Shown here: piece after piece, positions 17,229 through 27,386 of the stretch
How the letters are laid out: each line of letters starts with the position of its first letter
Position numbering within the stretch: the stretch's first letter is position 1
DNA from: Candidatus Faecimonas intestinavium
GTDB taxonomy: Bacteria; Bacillota_I; Bacilli_A; RF39; UBA660
Reading direction: 5' to 3'
NCBI GenBank assembly: GCA_018716045.1
Contig: DVKL01000005.1
Location: 1-55,365, forward strand
Length of the DNA: 55,365 nt
Made by a program: the position numbers and the translations under genes
The notes under the pieces: model-generated
Seen by the model: the letters and a program-made list of their open reading frames with translations, nothing else
What the model was told of the DNA's origin: nothing
The model's database searches: none

Positions 17229-18686
17229 TCAGCTATGTCTCTCGCAAGTATAGTTACTTGCTTTCATTTCTTTTTCTATCTCATTAATATCTTGTCCATA
17301 TTCGTAATTAGGATAAGTTCCGCCGGCTTCCAAATAAGCAGTAGTAACCAAATCCGACTTTAAATCTTCATAATCTAATTTTTGAACGTTCTCATAAACA
17401 CCGTTAGATAAACTACAAGACACCTCTACTCCTTCTAGATTAGCTGTTTGTTGTTGTAATAAATCACAAGAAGACTTCATTCCAGAGAGTTCAATAGCAT
17501 CTAAATTCTGATCTCCTTTTGTAGTTGCCGAAAAAGTTAAACGATACATTTTACTATCTTTAAAATTAAAATCTGCTTCATAATAATAATCATATTTATC
17601 ATCGTTAGTATTCATAGTACAAGTAAGAGTACCCGTAGTAATTGCTGGAACGCCTTCTTGTTGTTTACTAGCCATATAATTAGAAACAAAAGAACTTATT
17701 TCTGGTAAAAAAGCAACCATCCATATTAACAAAGCAAAAAATATAAAAGTCATATAATACTTAAGATTGCTTTCTTTCTTAGTTTTCTTATCGGGGTTTG
17801 ATTTTGTATTATCAGCAACAGTAGATTTCGTATTTTGAGTTGTAGAAGATGAATTCGTAGTAACAGCTTGAGAAGGAACAGCCGACTTTTGCTGTGGAGC
17901 AACTACTTTAGGCTGCGATGGAACAGAAGTTGGTTGTGAAACCGCTTTAGGCTGTGGTATAGGTGCAGGTGAAACAGGCTGCACTACTTTCTGCTGTGGA
18001 ACAACTGTAGAAGATTCTTTTGATTCATTTTTCTTCTTTTTAGCATCAAGTCTAGCCTGTGCCTTTGCCTTTTTTGCTTCGATTCTTGCTTTTTTAGCAT
18101 CTTCTTTGGCTTTTCTAGCATTTTCTCGTGCTTCTATCTTTGCTCTTTTGGCTGCCTCTTTTGCCTCTTGTTTTGCTTTCTTCGCATCAATCCTAGCTTG
18201 AATCTTTGCTTTTTTGGCATCTTCCTTCGCCTTAATAGCAGCTTCTTTTGCTTGCTTTTTACGTTCTAACTCTAATCTTTCTTGTTCAGCTTTTGCCTTT
18301 GCTTCTTCTTCCAAACGTTTTTTCTCAGCAAGTTGTCTTTGCCTTTCTGCTTCTGCTTCAGCTTTTTTGCGTTCCGCTTCTTCCTTAGCAAGCTTTTCCC
18401 GTTTTAAAGCTTCCTCTTTTCTTCTTTTTACTTCGTCCATGATAGCTTTTTTCTTTTTTTCTTCTTCTTCTAACTTTTTCTTTGCTTTTTCAGCTGCAAT
18501 TTCTTGAGCATTACTCTTTTGAGACAATGCGGCTTCCCTAGCACGCTCCATTTGCTCAACCAAAGCAACTTGATCCCCACTAACAACCGCTAAGACATCT
18601 TCAGAAGAAATTAAATCCTTTTCTGGTGGTGTAGTAACATTTTCAACACTTGGAACAATATTTTCTGCCTGCTTTTTATCATTCAT
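17229..18686 (-). CDS. Membrane protein: Lys/Glu/Ala coiled coil, Pro/Gln linker, TM, four-Cys extracellular domain
   Basis: TolA-like low-complexity helix; C-terminal domain paralogous to 16321..17217. Confidence 0.8.
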   Translation of the reverse strand: MNDKKQAENIVPSVENVTTPPEKDLISSEDVLAVVSGDQVALVEQMERAREAALSQKSNAQEIAAEKAKKKLEEEEKKKKAIMDEVKRRKEEALKREKLAKEEAERKKAEAEAERQRQLAEKKRLEEEAKAKAEQERLELERKKQAKEAAIKAKEDAKKAKIQARIDAKKAKQEAKEAAKRAKIEARENARKAKEDAKKARIEAKKAKAQARLDAKKKKNESKESSTVVPQQKVVQPVSPAPIPQPKAVSQPTSVPSQPKVVAPQQKSAVPSQAVTTNSSSTTQNTKSTVADNTKSNPDKKTKKESNLKYYMTFIFFALLIWMVAFLPEISSFVSNYMASKQQEGVPAITTGTLTCTMNTNDDKYDYYYEADFNFKDSKMYRLTFSATTKGDQNLDAIELSGMKSSCDLLQQQTANLEGVEVSCSLSNGVYENVQKLDYEDLKSDLVTTAYLEAGGTYPNYEYGQDINEIEKEMKASNYTCERHS

Positions 18687-18703
18687 AGTATCACCCCTAT
18701 ATT

Positions 18704-19330
18704 CTATCTTAAACTATCTATTTGTACTTGAAAATCATCAGACCGAATAATATAACTACCAGAAGTAAGAATATCACACTGCTGACACATATCTTTTGTA
18801 GTTTTATCAATTCCCCCATCGACATTAATAACTGCTTTAGAATGATAAGAATCAAGTAAATTTCTAACTTCTATAATCTTATCTTCTGATTCAAAAATAA
18901 ATGACTGTCCACCCTTTCCAGGCTCAACACTCATAACTAAAATTAAATCCAATAAAGGCAAATATGGCACCAAATTCTTTACAGGCGTATTTGGTTTAAT
19001 AGCAAGACCACATTTAATCCCATAACTTTTAATAAGTTCTAGATTTTCTTCAATATTATCCATCGTTTCTACATGAAAAGTAATAAATTCTGTATTTAAT
19101 TCTGCATATAACGGAATATATTTCTTTGGATCTTCAACCATCAAATGAACATCCAACCTTTTATTTGTAAACTTATATATATTTTTCATCTCACTAAAAG
19201 GCATAGTTTTATTAGGAACAAATTTACCATCCATAACATCTACATGAATATAATCAACATCCGTCTCATTTAATCTCTTTAAATCCATTGGAATATTGGA
19301 ACTACTTAAAAACGATGCACTAATCTTCAT
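18704..19330 (-). CDS. rpe: Ribulose-phosphate 3-epimerase
   Basis: HVDVMDGKFVPN, DVHLMV, VMSVEPG.GGQ, VDGG; conserved position after rsgA. Confidence 0.95.
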   Translation of the reverse strand: MKISASFLSSSNIPMDLKRLNETDVDYIHVDVMDGKFVPNKTMPFSEMKNIYKFTNKRLDVHLMVEDPKKYIPLYAELNTEFITFHVETMDNIEENLELIKSYGIKCGLAIKPNTPVKNLVPYLPLLDLILVMSVEPGKGGQSFIFESEDKIIEVRNLLDSYHSKAVINVDGGIDKTTKDMCQQCDILTSGSYIIRSDDFQVQIDSLR

Positions 19331-20162
19331 AATGAATATCCCCTCCGATAAAATTTAAATAATTAAGATAGCGACTCTTCATTATATTATTATCTTCTAC
19401 TGCAACTTTTACCTTACATTCTCCCTCTTTAGTATGTAAACAGTCCTTAAATGGGCAAGGATAACGGCTAAATTCTATAAAAGCATCTCGAATATCCTCT
19501 TTAGAATAATTATGGAAATCTAAGGCTGAAAAACCAGGAGTATCCATAACTTTGCCACCAAAAAGCTCATATAAAGTAACAACCCTAGTAGTATGCTTAC
19601 CACGACCCAAAGCTAAAGATACATCCCCTGTCTCTAAATTCCAATCAGGCTTTAATCTATTTAGTAAAGTACTTTTCCCAGCTCCAGTTTGTCCAGTAAA
19701 AACACTTGTTTTATCTTTCAACAACTCTTTAATCTTATCAAGTTCTGTATTAAAAATTACTGTATAACCTATTTTTTGATAATAAAGTAGAATTGGTTGA
19801 ATCTTATCATAGTCATCCTCTGATACTAAATCCTTCTTAGTAATACAAATAATAGGGCGAACAGAATGCAATTCCATAAGAACAAGTAACTTATCAAGCA
19901 AATTTAAAGAAAAATCAGGAGAAACCAAACTAGTAATCAGAAAAGCCTGATCAATATTGCTAACTTTAGGTCTAGAAAATTCATTTTTTCTAGGTAATAC
20001 TTTCTCCACTAACAATTTCTCTTTATCAAACTCTACAAAATCTCCAACTAAAGGCAAGATTTTTTCTTTCCTAAAAACACCTCTACATTTGCAAGGATAT
20101 ATTTCAGTTCCTTCCTGCACAAAATGTAAATCACTATGAATTTTTACAATCTGTCCTCTCAT
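19320..20162 (-). CDS. rsgA: Ribosome small subunit-dependent GTPase A
   Basis: TKKD, GQTGAGKST, RGKHTT, DTPGF, C.F.DC.H..E..C Zn finger. Confidence 0.96.
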   Translation of the reverse strand: MRGQIVKIHSDLHFVQEGTEIYPCKCRGVFRKEKILPLVGDFVEFDKEKLLVEKVLPRKNEFSRPKVSNIDQAFLITSLVSPDFSLNLLDKLLVLMELHSVRPIICITKKDLVSEDDYDKIQPILLYYQKIGYTVIFNTELDKIKELLKDKTSVFTGQTGAGKSTLLNRLKPDWNLETGDVSLALGRGKHTTRVVTLYELFGGKVMDTPGFSALDFHNYSKEDIRDAFIEFSRYPCPFKDCLHTKEGECKVKVAVEDNNIMKSRYLNYLNFIGGDIHYED

Positions 20163-20171
20163 ATAGTCCCC

Positions 20172-21956
20172 CTATTCTGTATCGGTACCAGGTGTATCTG
20201 TAGCATCGTCATCACTATCATCTGGAGTCGTAGGTGTTGTAGGTTTCGTCTGCTCTACTGGTTTTCTAGCAATAGTTACTGTAAATGTTTGACCTTTTAC
20301 GATTGGACTACCTGCAGCCCTAGACTGATCAATAATCTTACCTTCTTCATAAGCAGTAGTATCTTGATATTCCACCTTAATAGTTAACCCATATTTATCA
20401 CAGAAAGCTTCAGCATCAGCTAAACTCCAACCTTCTCCCGCCATATCAGGGAAAGTATCTACAATATTTGGAATGTATAAAATAATAGAATCTCCTTCTT
20501 TTACTTCACTACCAGCTGCTAATGACTGACCAATAATTTCTTGTTCATCATACTCTCTATCACTAGCATCTACATCTCTTTTTTCAATACTGACATCTAA
20601 GCCATATTGAGTTTCCAAAATAGTCTGAACTTCGATATAATTCTGCCCAGTATAATCTTCAATTTCAAAAGTTTCTTCTCCTGTAGATTTATAAATAGTT
20701 ATTTTAGTACCTTGTTTTACACTTCTTCCTTTTTCAGGATCAGTTCGAACAACTCTTCCCTTTTTCACTTTAGAAGAAGCAACACTCTTAATATTAGTTC
20801 TTACTTCTAATCCTAAATCTTGAAGCTTCTTTTCACATTGACTAACTTTTAAGCCTTGACAATTTGGAATAGTAACATTTTCCGGTTCTGTAACAGCTGG
20901 AATAATAAAAGCTACTGTAATAATGCCAAGAACCAAAACACCAAAAATAATAGATAAAATAATAATAATTCTTTTACGTTTTTTATCACCACTATCTTCA
21001 ATTTTAGTAGCAATAGGTTCTTCGTCCTCATCATCACTATCTTTTTCTAAATCCTCTATCTTTTTCAAGTTTTTAGTAGAATCATTTTCATGTTCTGGAT
21101 AAGGATACTTATATGGAGGTTCATTAATACGATCATCATCAAGTGCAGTAAGTAAATCCTCGTGCATACTTCTAGCATCATCATATCTATTTTTAGGATT
21201 TTTTGCTGTGGCTTTTAAAATAATATTCTCTATACTCTGTGGAATAGAAGGATTATCTTCTTTTACACTAGGTAATGGATCTCTCATATGTTTTAAAGCA
21301 ATTTCAACTGCATTATCTCCTTTAAATGGTAAGCTACCCGTAAGAAGTTCATAAAAAATAATTCCCATAGAATAAATATCACTTTTAATAGTAGACCCTT
21401 TTCCACTAGCCTGCTCTGGAGGTAAATAATGAACAGATCCCATAACAGAATTAGTTTGTGTCAACTGTGTAGCATTTAATGCCATAGCAATACCAAAATC
21501 TGTTATTTTAATTTGCCCATCATCTTTAATCATAATATTTTGTGGTTTCAAATCACGATGAATAATATACGAATCATGTGCATGAGCCATACCATCTGTT
21601 AATTGCAACATAATGTCAATAGCTTCGGATAATGTGAGACTTCCTCGTTTTTTCAACAATTGTTTTAATGTTTTTCCCTCGACATACTCCATAACAATAT
21701 AATAAACGCCATCATCTTCACCAACATCATACATTTCTACAATATTAGGATGTGCAAGACTAGATGCAGACAATGCTTCGCGTTGAAAACGCCTAACAAA
21801 TTTCTCATCGCTAGATAAATCTCCACGTAAAATTTTTATTGCTACATTACGATCTAGTATTGTATCATAGCCAAGATAAACATTGGCCATACCACCTTCA
21901 CCAATAGAACGAATAATCTCATAACGATCATTTATCTTTTGCCCCTTTGTAATCAT
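20172..21956 (-). CDS. prkC: PASTA-domain Ser/Thr protein kinase
   Basis: GEGGMANV, HRDLKPQN, DFG, TM, three PASTA repeats. Confidence 0.96.
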   Translation of the reverse strand: MITKGQKINDRYEIIRSIGEGGMANVYLGYDTILDRNVAIKILRGDLSSDEKFVRRFQREALSASSLAHPNIVEMYDVGEDDGVYYIVMEYVEGKTLKQLLKKRGSLTLSEAIDIMLQLTDGMAHAHDSYIIHRDLKPQNIMIKDDGQIKITDFGIAMALNATQLTQTNSVMGSVHYLPPEQASGKGSTIKSDIYSMGIIFYELLTGSLPFKGDNAVEIALKHMRDPLPSVKEDNPSIPQSIENIILKATAKNPKNRYDDARSMHEDLLTALDDDRINEPPYKYPYPEHENDSTKNLKKIEDLEKDSDDEDEEPIATKIEDSGDKKRKRIIIILSIIFGVLVLGIITVAFIIPAVTEPENVTIPNCQGLKVSQCEKKLQDLGLEVRTNIKSVASSKVKKGRVVRTDPEKGRSVKQGTKITIYKSTGEETFEIEDYTGQNYIEVQTILETQYGLDVSIEKRDVDASDREYDEQEIIGQSLAAGSEVKEGDSIILYIPNIVDTFPDMAGEGWSLADAEAFCDKYGLTIKVEYQDTTAYEEGKIIDQSRAAGSPIVKGQTFTVTIARKPVEQTKPTTPTTPDDSDDDATDTPGTDTE

Positions 21957-22699
21957 TACTCGTCACCTTCTTCACTACGAATTAAATAAGCCACTGAAAT
22001 ATTATCGGTACCCCCACGATTATTTGCTTTTTGAATTAATCGAATTACTTTATCTTCAACATCTAAATCAGTAAGTAAGACTTTTTCTATTTGATCTTTA
22101 TCTAACATATTAGTAAGTCCATCACTAGAAAGAAGTATTTCAGTAATATCCATATCACAATCAAAAATATCAACTTCTACAGTCGTTGCCGCACCTAGTG
22201 CTTTCATTAATACATTCTTCTTAGGATGAACACTAGCTTCCTCTTTGGTAAGTTCTCCAGCACTAACTAATAAATTAACTAAAGTATGATCATAAGTAAC
22301 TTTATGAAGCTTGTCATCTTTCATAACAAAACCACTAGAATCACCTACATTACCAAACAGTAGATAATCTTTAGTAAGAATTGCAAGTACCAAAGTAGTA
22401 CCCATCCCCTTACTTTCTGGATGCGTTTTTTCATGCTGAAAAATCAATGTATTGATTTCACTAAACGCATCTCTAATCCAATTAACCGCATCCACCTTAC
22501 TCATATTCAAAAACGTCTCTTTAAAATATTTACCTAAATACCCTATTGCAATAGAACTGGCAACTTCACCTGCAGAATGTCCACCCATTCCATCAGCAAT
22601 AGCCATCAAATAATCATCATTTTGATTTTTTACAATAATAACGCTATCTTCGTTATGACTACGTACTTTTCCTGCATCTGTTAAATAAAAAGATTTCAT
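21956..22699 (-). CDS. prpC: PP2C-type Ser/Thr phosphatase
   Basis: R.HNED, ADGMGGH, MGTT, NVGDS, SDGL, GG.DNIS. Confidence 0.95.
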   Translation of the reverse strand: MKSFYLTDAGKVRSHNEDSVIIVKNQNDDYLMAIADGMGGHSAGEVASSIAIGYLGKYFKETFLNMSKVDAVNWIRDAFSEINTLIFQHEKTHPESKGMGTTLVLAILTKDYLLFGNVGDSSGFVMKDDKLHKVTYDHTLVNLLVSAGELTKEEASVHPKKNVLMKALGAATTVEVDIFDCDMDITEILLSSDGLTNMLDKDQIEKVLLTDLDVEDKVIRLIQKANNRGGTDNISVAYLIRSEEGDE

Positions 22700-23715
22700 A
22701 ACTCCTCCTTCTTACTTCTAAGCTGTCCACAAGCAGCACTAATTTTGCTACCAAATTCTCTTCGGATTGTAACATTAAGTCTATTCTTTTTAAGTATATC
22801 ATAAAACTTCATAATTTGAACAGTACTACTTCTCTTAAATTCTAAATTATTTGTTTCATTATAAGGAATCAAATTAACATAACAATTAAGATGCCCAACC
22901 AGTTTCACAAGTTCTTTAGCACACTTCTCTGTATCATTAATACCAGCAAGCATAATATATTCAAAAGTAAGACGACGATTTGTCTTTTTTAAATATATTT
23001 CTAAAGCAGATATCAACTCTTTCAAAGGATATGCCTTATTAATCGGCATAATTTGATTTCTTAACTCATCAGTAGGAGCATGAAGACTAATTGCCAAATT
23101 AATCTGAAGTGGAAAGTCACTAAACTCCAATACTTTAGGTACAATACCACAAGTAGAAACTGTAATATGACGAGCACCGATAGCTAACCCCTTAGAATGA
23201 TTAATAATCAAGAAAAAGTCTAACAAATTATCATAATTATCAAACGGTTCTCCAATTCCCATCACTACAACATGACTAACTCTAGCTCCCAAATCTTCTT
23301 CGATCATCAAAAGTTGAGTAACCATCTCCCAAGTCTCGAGATTACGAACCTTTTTTCTTCTACCAGACTCACAAAACCTACATCCCATATTGCAACCAAC
23401 TTGACTAGAAATACAAACACTATTCCCATAATCATGTCTCATTAAAACAGCTTCAATATGTTCATGATCTGAAAGTTCAAATAAATACTTACAAACATCA
23501 ACATCTCTCTCTACTTGAACAAGTTCTAGTTTAGAAAAAGAAAAATCTTTAGATAGTTGCTCCAACATCTCTTTTTTTATATCTGTAACTTCAGAAACTG
23601 AAGAAATTCTTTTTTCATACAACCAGGAAAATAACTGATCCGCATGAAATTTCTTAGAACCATGATTAACAAAATATTCTTCTAATTTCTCCCTTGTTAA
23701 ATTATATATATTCAT
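22696..23715 (-). CDS. rlmN: 23S rRNA/tRNA m2A methyltransferase (radical SAM)
   Basis: CISSQVGCNMGCRFC, MGIGEP, SLHAP, AACGQL. Confidence 0.96.
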   Translation of the reverse strand: MNIYNLTREKLEEYFVNHGSKKFHADQLFSWLYEKRISSVSEVTDIKKEMLEQLSKDFSFSKLELVQVERDVDVCKYLFELSDHEHIEAVLMRHDYGNSVCISSQVGCNMGCRFCESGRRKKVRNLETWEMVTQLLMIEEDLGARVSHVVVMGIGEPFDNYDNLLDFFLIINHSKGLAIGARHITVSTCGIVPKVLEFSDFPLQINLAISLHAPTDELRNQIMPINKAYPLKELISALEIYLKKTNRRLTFEYIMLAGINDTEKCAKELVKLVGHLNCYVNLIPYNETNNLEFKRSSTVQIMKFYDILKKNRLNVTIRREFGSKISAACGQLRSKKEEL

Positions 23716-23778
23716 CGTATCACTCCAATATCTATATTATACAACAAAAGATATGAAAAAACATCAGAAAAAAGAAAC

Positions 23779-24498
23779 CTATACTGGTTTCTCAAATTCT
23801 TTAATATCGCCAAAGTTAGAATAGGACGCCACAAAACGTAATTCACTACTAGCAAGACCTTTATACTTAGCATAACTATCTAAAGTATACTGAATTTCTA
23901 CTACCTCTCCATTTTCATTTTTCTTTAACTGTATAGAATTAACAGGATCGTCCAAATCAACTTCTAATCCATCTAATATTTTAACTAAAGTAGTAGAAGT
24001 TATTTGTAAATTGATAATCTCTTCTCCTGTTGCAAGCTCAGTTTTGGAAACATAAGTAGATGAACTAATCAAACTATCAATAGTAGAAACATCCGTAAGG
24101 GAAACTAAAGGATATGGTGCTTCACTCTTAATCCAAACACCGTTCTGATTTCTCATAAATAAATTTCCTTGTTGATAGTAACTAATAGTTCCATCACTAA
24201 ACAAAGAATTTTCTTCATAATGTTTACCAGAATAAGTAGTATTTAACTGATCGATAGAAAATTGATAACTAAAATTATAATTTCCTTCTTTAATGGATGA
24301 TAAATCATAAGAAAAATCTCCCAACTTTAAATCAGTACTACCAAGAACAGGACCCTGTCCTCCAATATGAGCAATCATAGCAAGCACAATAAAAAACACA
24401 AAATAGATACCAAAAAACAAAACAGCCTTACCTTTAGGAGTACGAATAAACTCTAAAACCTGTTCTTTATTTATTTTATTCTGATTCTTTTCGTCCAT
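23779..24498 (-). CDS. Hypothetical membrane-anchored beta-rich protein
   Basis: 239-aa ORF overlapping the fmt end; single N-terminal TM. Confidence 0.75.
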   Translation of the reverse strand: MDEKNQNKINKEQVLEFIRTPKGKAVLFFGIYFVFFIVLAMIAHIGGQGPVLGSTDLKLGDFSYDLSSIKEGNYNFSYQFSIDQLNTTYSGKHYEENSLFSDGTISYYQQGNLFMRNQNGVWIKSEAPYPLVSLTDVSTIDSLISSSTYVSKTELATGEEIINLQITSTTLVKILDGLEVDLDDPVNSIQLKKNENGEVVEIQYTLDSYAKYKGLASSELRFVASYSNFGDIKEFEKPV

Positions 24499-25432
24499 AA
24501 GCTACCTTCCCAATATAATCGTCTTTCTTAATACCATTAACAAAACTACTAGCAAGCATTCTCTTTTTTCCATTTGGTTTAATATCTATCAACACAAGCT
24601 CATAATCTTTAGTAGCAATACCAATACCGTCTTTATAAATATGTAAAACTTCTCCAGGTCTAGCATTACTAGTATCAATCTTTTCTATTCTCGCCATATA
24701 AACCTTAAATTCTCTCTCACAAATAGTACAAGAACTACCAGGAAAGGGATTAAGTCCACGAATTTGATTGAATAATTCCCTACTAGTTTTTGAGAAATCA
24801 AGATATTCCTCTTCCCTCTTGATATTATAAGCAAAGGTCACTTCGTCAGCATTCTGCTTAATTCGTTTTGCACTCCCATCAAAAATAGAAGGCAAGGTAG
24901 AAAGCAATAGCTCTTTACCCATAATTCTTAACCTGTCGTGCAAAGTTTCCATGGTATCAGAATCTAAAATCTTAGTTTCACGTTGAGAAATAATATCTCC
25001 ACTATCCATAGCCACATCCATATACATAATTGTAATACCAGTTTTATCATATCCATCTATAATTGCCTTATGAATTGGAGCACCACCTCGAAGCTTAGGC
25101 AACAAAGAAGCATGAACATTAATACAACCATACTTTGGATAATCTAACATCTCTTTAGGTATAATTTGGCCATAAGCGCAAGTAATAATAATATCTGGTT
25201 GAAGATTCAAAATATCTTCAAAATTATTACGAATTTTTTCAGGTTGAAAAACCAAAATATCATTTTCAAGAGCCACTTTTTTAACAGGAGAAAAAGAAAT
25301 TTCCTGCTTTCTTCCAACTTTACGATCTGGCTGAGTAACAACACCTACTACTTGATAGTTTTCAATTAGTCCTTCCAATACTGGAACACTAAAATCTGGA
25401 GTCCCCATAAAAACAACTCTTATATCTTTCAT
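24476..25432 (-). CDS. fmt: Methionyl-tRNA formyltransferase
   Basis: FMGTPDF, VVTQPDR, INVHASLLPKLRGGAPI, MDSGDII; start MKDI after AGAGGTG. Confidence 0.96.
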   Translation of the reverse strand: MKDIRVVFMGTPDFSVPVLEGLIENYQVVGVVTQPDRKVGRKQEISFSPVKKVALENDILVFQPEKIRNNFEDILNLQPDIIITCAYGQIIPKEMLDYPKYGCINVHASLLPKLRGGAPIHKAIIDGYDKTGITIMYMDVAMDSGDIISQRETKILDSDTMETLHDRLRIMGKELLLSTLPSIFDGSAKRIKQNADEVTFAYNIKREEEYLDFSKTSRELFNQIRGLNPFPGSSCTICEREFKVYMARIEKIDTSNARPGEVLHIYKDGIGIATKDYELVLIDIKPNGKKRMLASSFVNGIKKDDYIGKVAYGRKESE

Positions 25433-25442
25433 AACATCACCT

Positions 25443-26579
25443 CTACTGATATAGCATAATAATACTAGCAAGCACCCCTAACAAAATAAAAAGAGAACCC
25501 AGAAGTACCAAAAAAGATACTTTTCCATCTTCCGAATGTTGCTCTACACGAACCGTAGGCAGAACTATCTCTACTTTTGTAGTTTCTTTTTCTACAACAA
25601 ATTCTGAATAAGGAATAGTAATAAATTCTATATCCTCTTTAGGAATCGATTTATTCCAAGCTAAACTATCTATTTTATAATCCATAATTTGAGAAGCTAA
25701 TGAACTAATATCCGTTTCTTTATCAAGAAAAAATTCTTGCATTCCCTGTATCTTATCTTTAGAAAAATACTTTCTTTTAACCATCATAATAGTAGGTAAA
25801 GACTCATTTTGACGCAATAACTTCCACTCATCATTACACAATTTTTCGATTTGCCTACTATCTTCTTCATTTATTTCTTTCAACTTTAAAGTATGGTGCA
25901 ATTCTTTAAAACAACCAATGTAATCCCGCTTCGCATAACTATTAATTTCAGCTTTCTTAGAAGTTGGAGGACATAAAAATGAAGAAAAATAAATAGGACT
26001 ATAAGTAGCATAATAACAAGCCATAACAAAATCATCTGTAAAAGAGACATAATCATGTCTAAAATCTATATCCTTTAAAAAAGAAGAATATTTTTCTTGT
26101 AATTGTTCAAAACGAGAGTACAAATTACGATATTTTTGTGGGACAAAACCATTTTGCTTAATATCTTCAACATAAGAACTAGAAACCCCATGGTATAAAT
26201 AACCTTCTACAATATATTTTTGATAAATATACTCTAAAATTTCTTTCCGATATTCTTCTATCTTGTTCTTATATCCTAGCTTTTTAGCACAAAATTTAAC
26301 CAATATCTTACAAATTCCATCATGAATATCATGAAAATTATCTATTTTATACCACAACAAATCCAAATGATGAACAAAATCAGCTAAATATTCCTCTTCC
26401 CCAATAATAATTTGATACTTAATAAGCGCATCAAAAAGCAAAAAGAACGGTTGCTCTAGCCCAGAAAACTTCTCATAATTAATAGAATCTTTCTTCTTCT
26501 TATCATTATACCTAGGATTTTCTGAAACCTTCTCCAACAAATCTCTAACTTCCTTTCTTGAAAAAACAGAAGAAAACAT
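25443..26579 (-). CDS. Orphan with a putative ADP-ribosyltransferase/Tpt1-like fold and a C-terminal TM anchor
   Basis: YLYHGVS...IKQNGF.P, VSFTDD...A.YYA, IPKEDI pattern; hydrophobic C-terminus. Confidence 0.5.
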   Translation of the reverse strand: MFSSVFSRKEVRDLLEKVSENPRYNDKKKKDSINYEKFSGLEQPFFLLFDALIKYQIIIGEEEYLADFVHHLDLLWYKIDNFHDIHDGICKILVKFCAKKLGYKNKIEEYRKEILEYIYQKYIVEGYLYHGVSSSYVEDIKQNGFVPQKYRNLYSRFEQLQEKYSSFLKDIDFRHDYVSFTDDFVMACYYATYSPIYFSSFLCPPTSKKAEINSYAKRDYIGCFKELHHTLKLKEINEEDSRQIEKLCNDEWKLLRQNESLPTIMMVKRKYFSKDKIQGMQEFFLDKETDISSLASQIMDYKIDSLAWNKSIPKEDIEFITIPYSEFVVEKETTKVEIVLPTVRVEQHSEDGKVSFLVLLGSLFILLGVLASIIMLYQ

Positions 26580-26596
26580 CTACATCACACCCCTAA

Positions 26597-26824
26597 TTAA
26601 CGGAACCACATTACAAAATAATATCCAGCTCCTAATACAATAATAATAAATAAAATAATTAAAATAATACGAATTACCGGATTATTAATATCCCAATAAT
26701 CATCATAAGTTTTTTTACTATGATCCATCAAATTTTGAAATTCTTGACTATTCTTTTGATTAACACTGTTCTCATGATTCTCTTGTTGTATTTCGTTATC
26801 AGTTGGTAAAAATCGATTTGCCAT
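26597..26824 (-). CDS. Small protein with a C-terminal TM helix
   Basis: AGAGGTG RBS before MANRF; strongly hydrophobic C-terminal helix. Confidence 0.65.
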   Translation of the reverse strand: MANRFLPTDNEIQQENHENSVNQKNSQEFQNLMDHSKKTYDDYWDINNPVIRIILIILFIIIVLGAGYYFVMWFR

Positions 26825-26903
26825 AACCATCACCTCTATCATTAACATAAGAATAACATATTTTGACATGTTATGCTACTGAAATTTCTAACTAATATAG
26901 CAT

Positions 26904-27362
26904 TTATAACTGTTTATTTCGTTGATTAATAACATAAAAATCTTTAAAATCAGAAAATTTTACTTTAACCGCATCAATTGGCTTAATATCTTTATGACAT
27001 TTATATTGGATAGAATTACCATAATGCTCATAACTATCATCATAATCAAAAACATAAATATAACCATATAAATCATCTTGAACACGTACATTATTAAAAT
27101 CTATATTAACTTCACCAGTAACCTCCCCACCAATTTCAAAGCTCCAATCAAGGTCCCTACTTAATTCTTTAACCTTATCTTTAAATGCATAAGCAGACGC
27201 AATAATAAATGAAGACGTTAAAAAGACAGCAAAATCTTCATTTTCTAGATTAGAGTTAGAATCATGAGCTTGTCTTGGCACAATAACATCTACTGCTTTA
27301 GGACTTCCATGAAATAAAAACTTAGGTTTTTCTAAATTATTATTTAGATATTTTTCAAGCAT
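26904..27362 (-). CDS. Putative ADP-ribosyltransferase-fold protein (Arr-like H-Y-x clade)
   Basis: LFHGS...IVP, AVFLTS...A.AYA, GYIYV, QY......KP pattern. Confidence 0.55.
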   Translation of the reverse strand: MLEKYLNNNLEKPKFLFHGSPKAVDVIVPRQAHDSNSNLENEDFAVFLTSSFIIASAYAFKDKVKELSRDLDWSFEIGGEVTGEVNIDFNNVRVQDDLYGYIYVFDYDDSYEHYGNSIQYKCHKDIKPIDAVKVKFSDFKDFYVINQRNKQL

Positions 27363-27386
27363 TTTTTACCTTCTTTCACCAATGTA

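Noticed and set aside
17880-18500. Repetitive DNA as a CRISPR array or tandem repeat element
   Set aside because: It is low-complexity coding sequence (Lys/Ala/Glu and Pro/Gln) with no repeat-spacer structure
26904-27362. Calling this gene arr (rifampin resistance)
   Set aside because: Only fold-level motif resemblance; insufficient for a functional call
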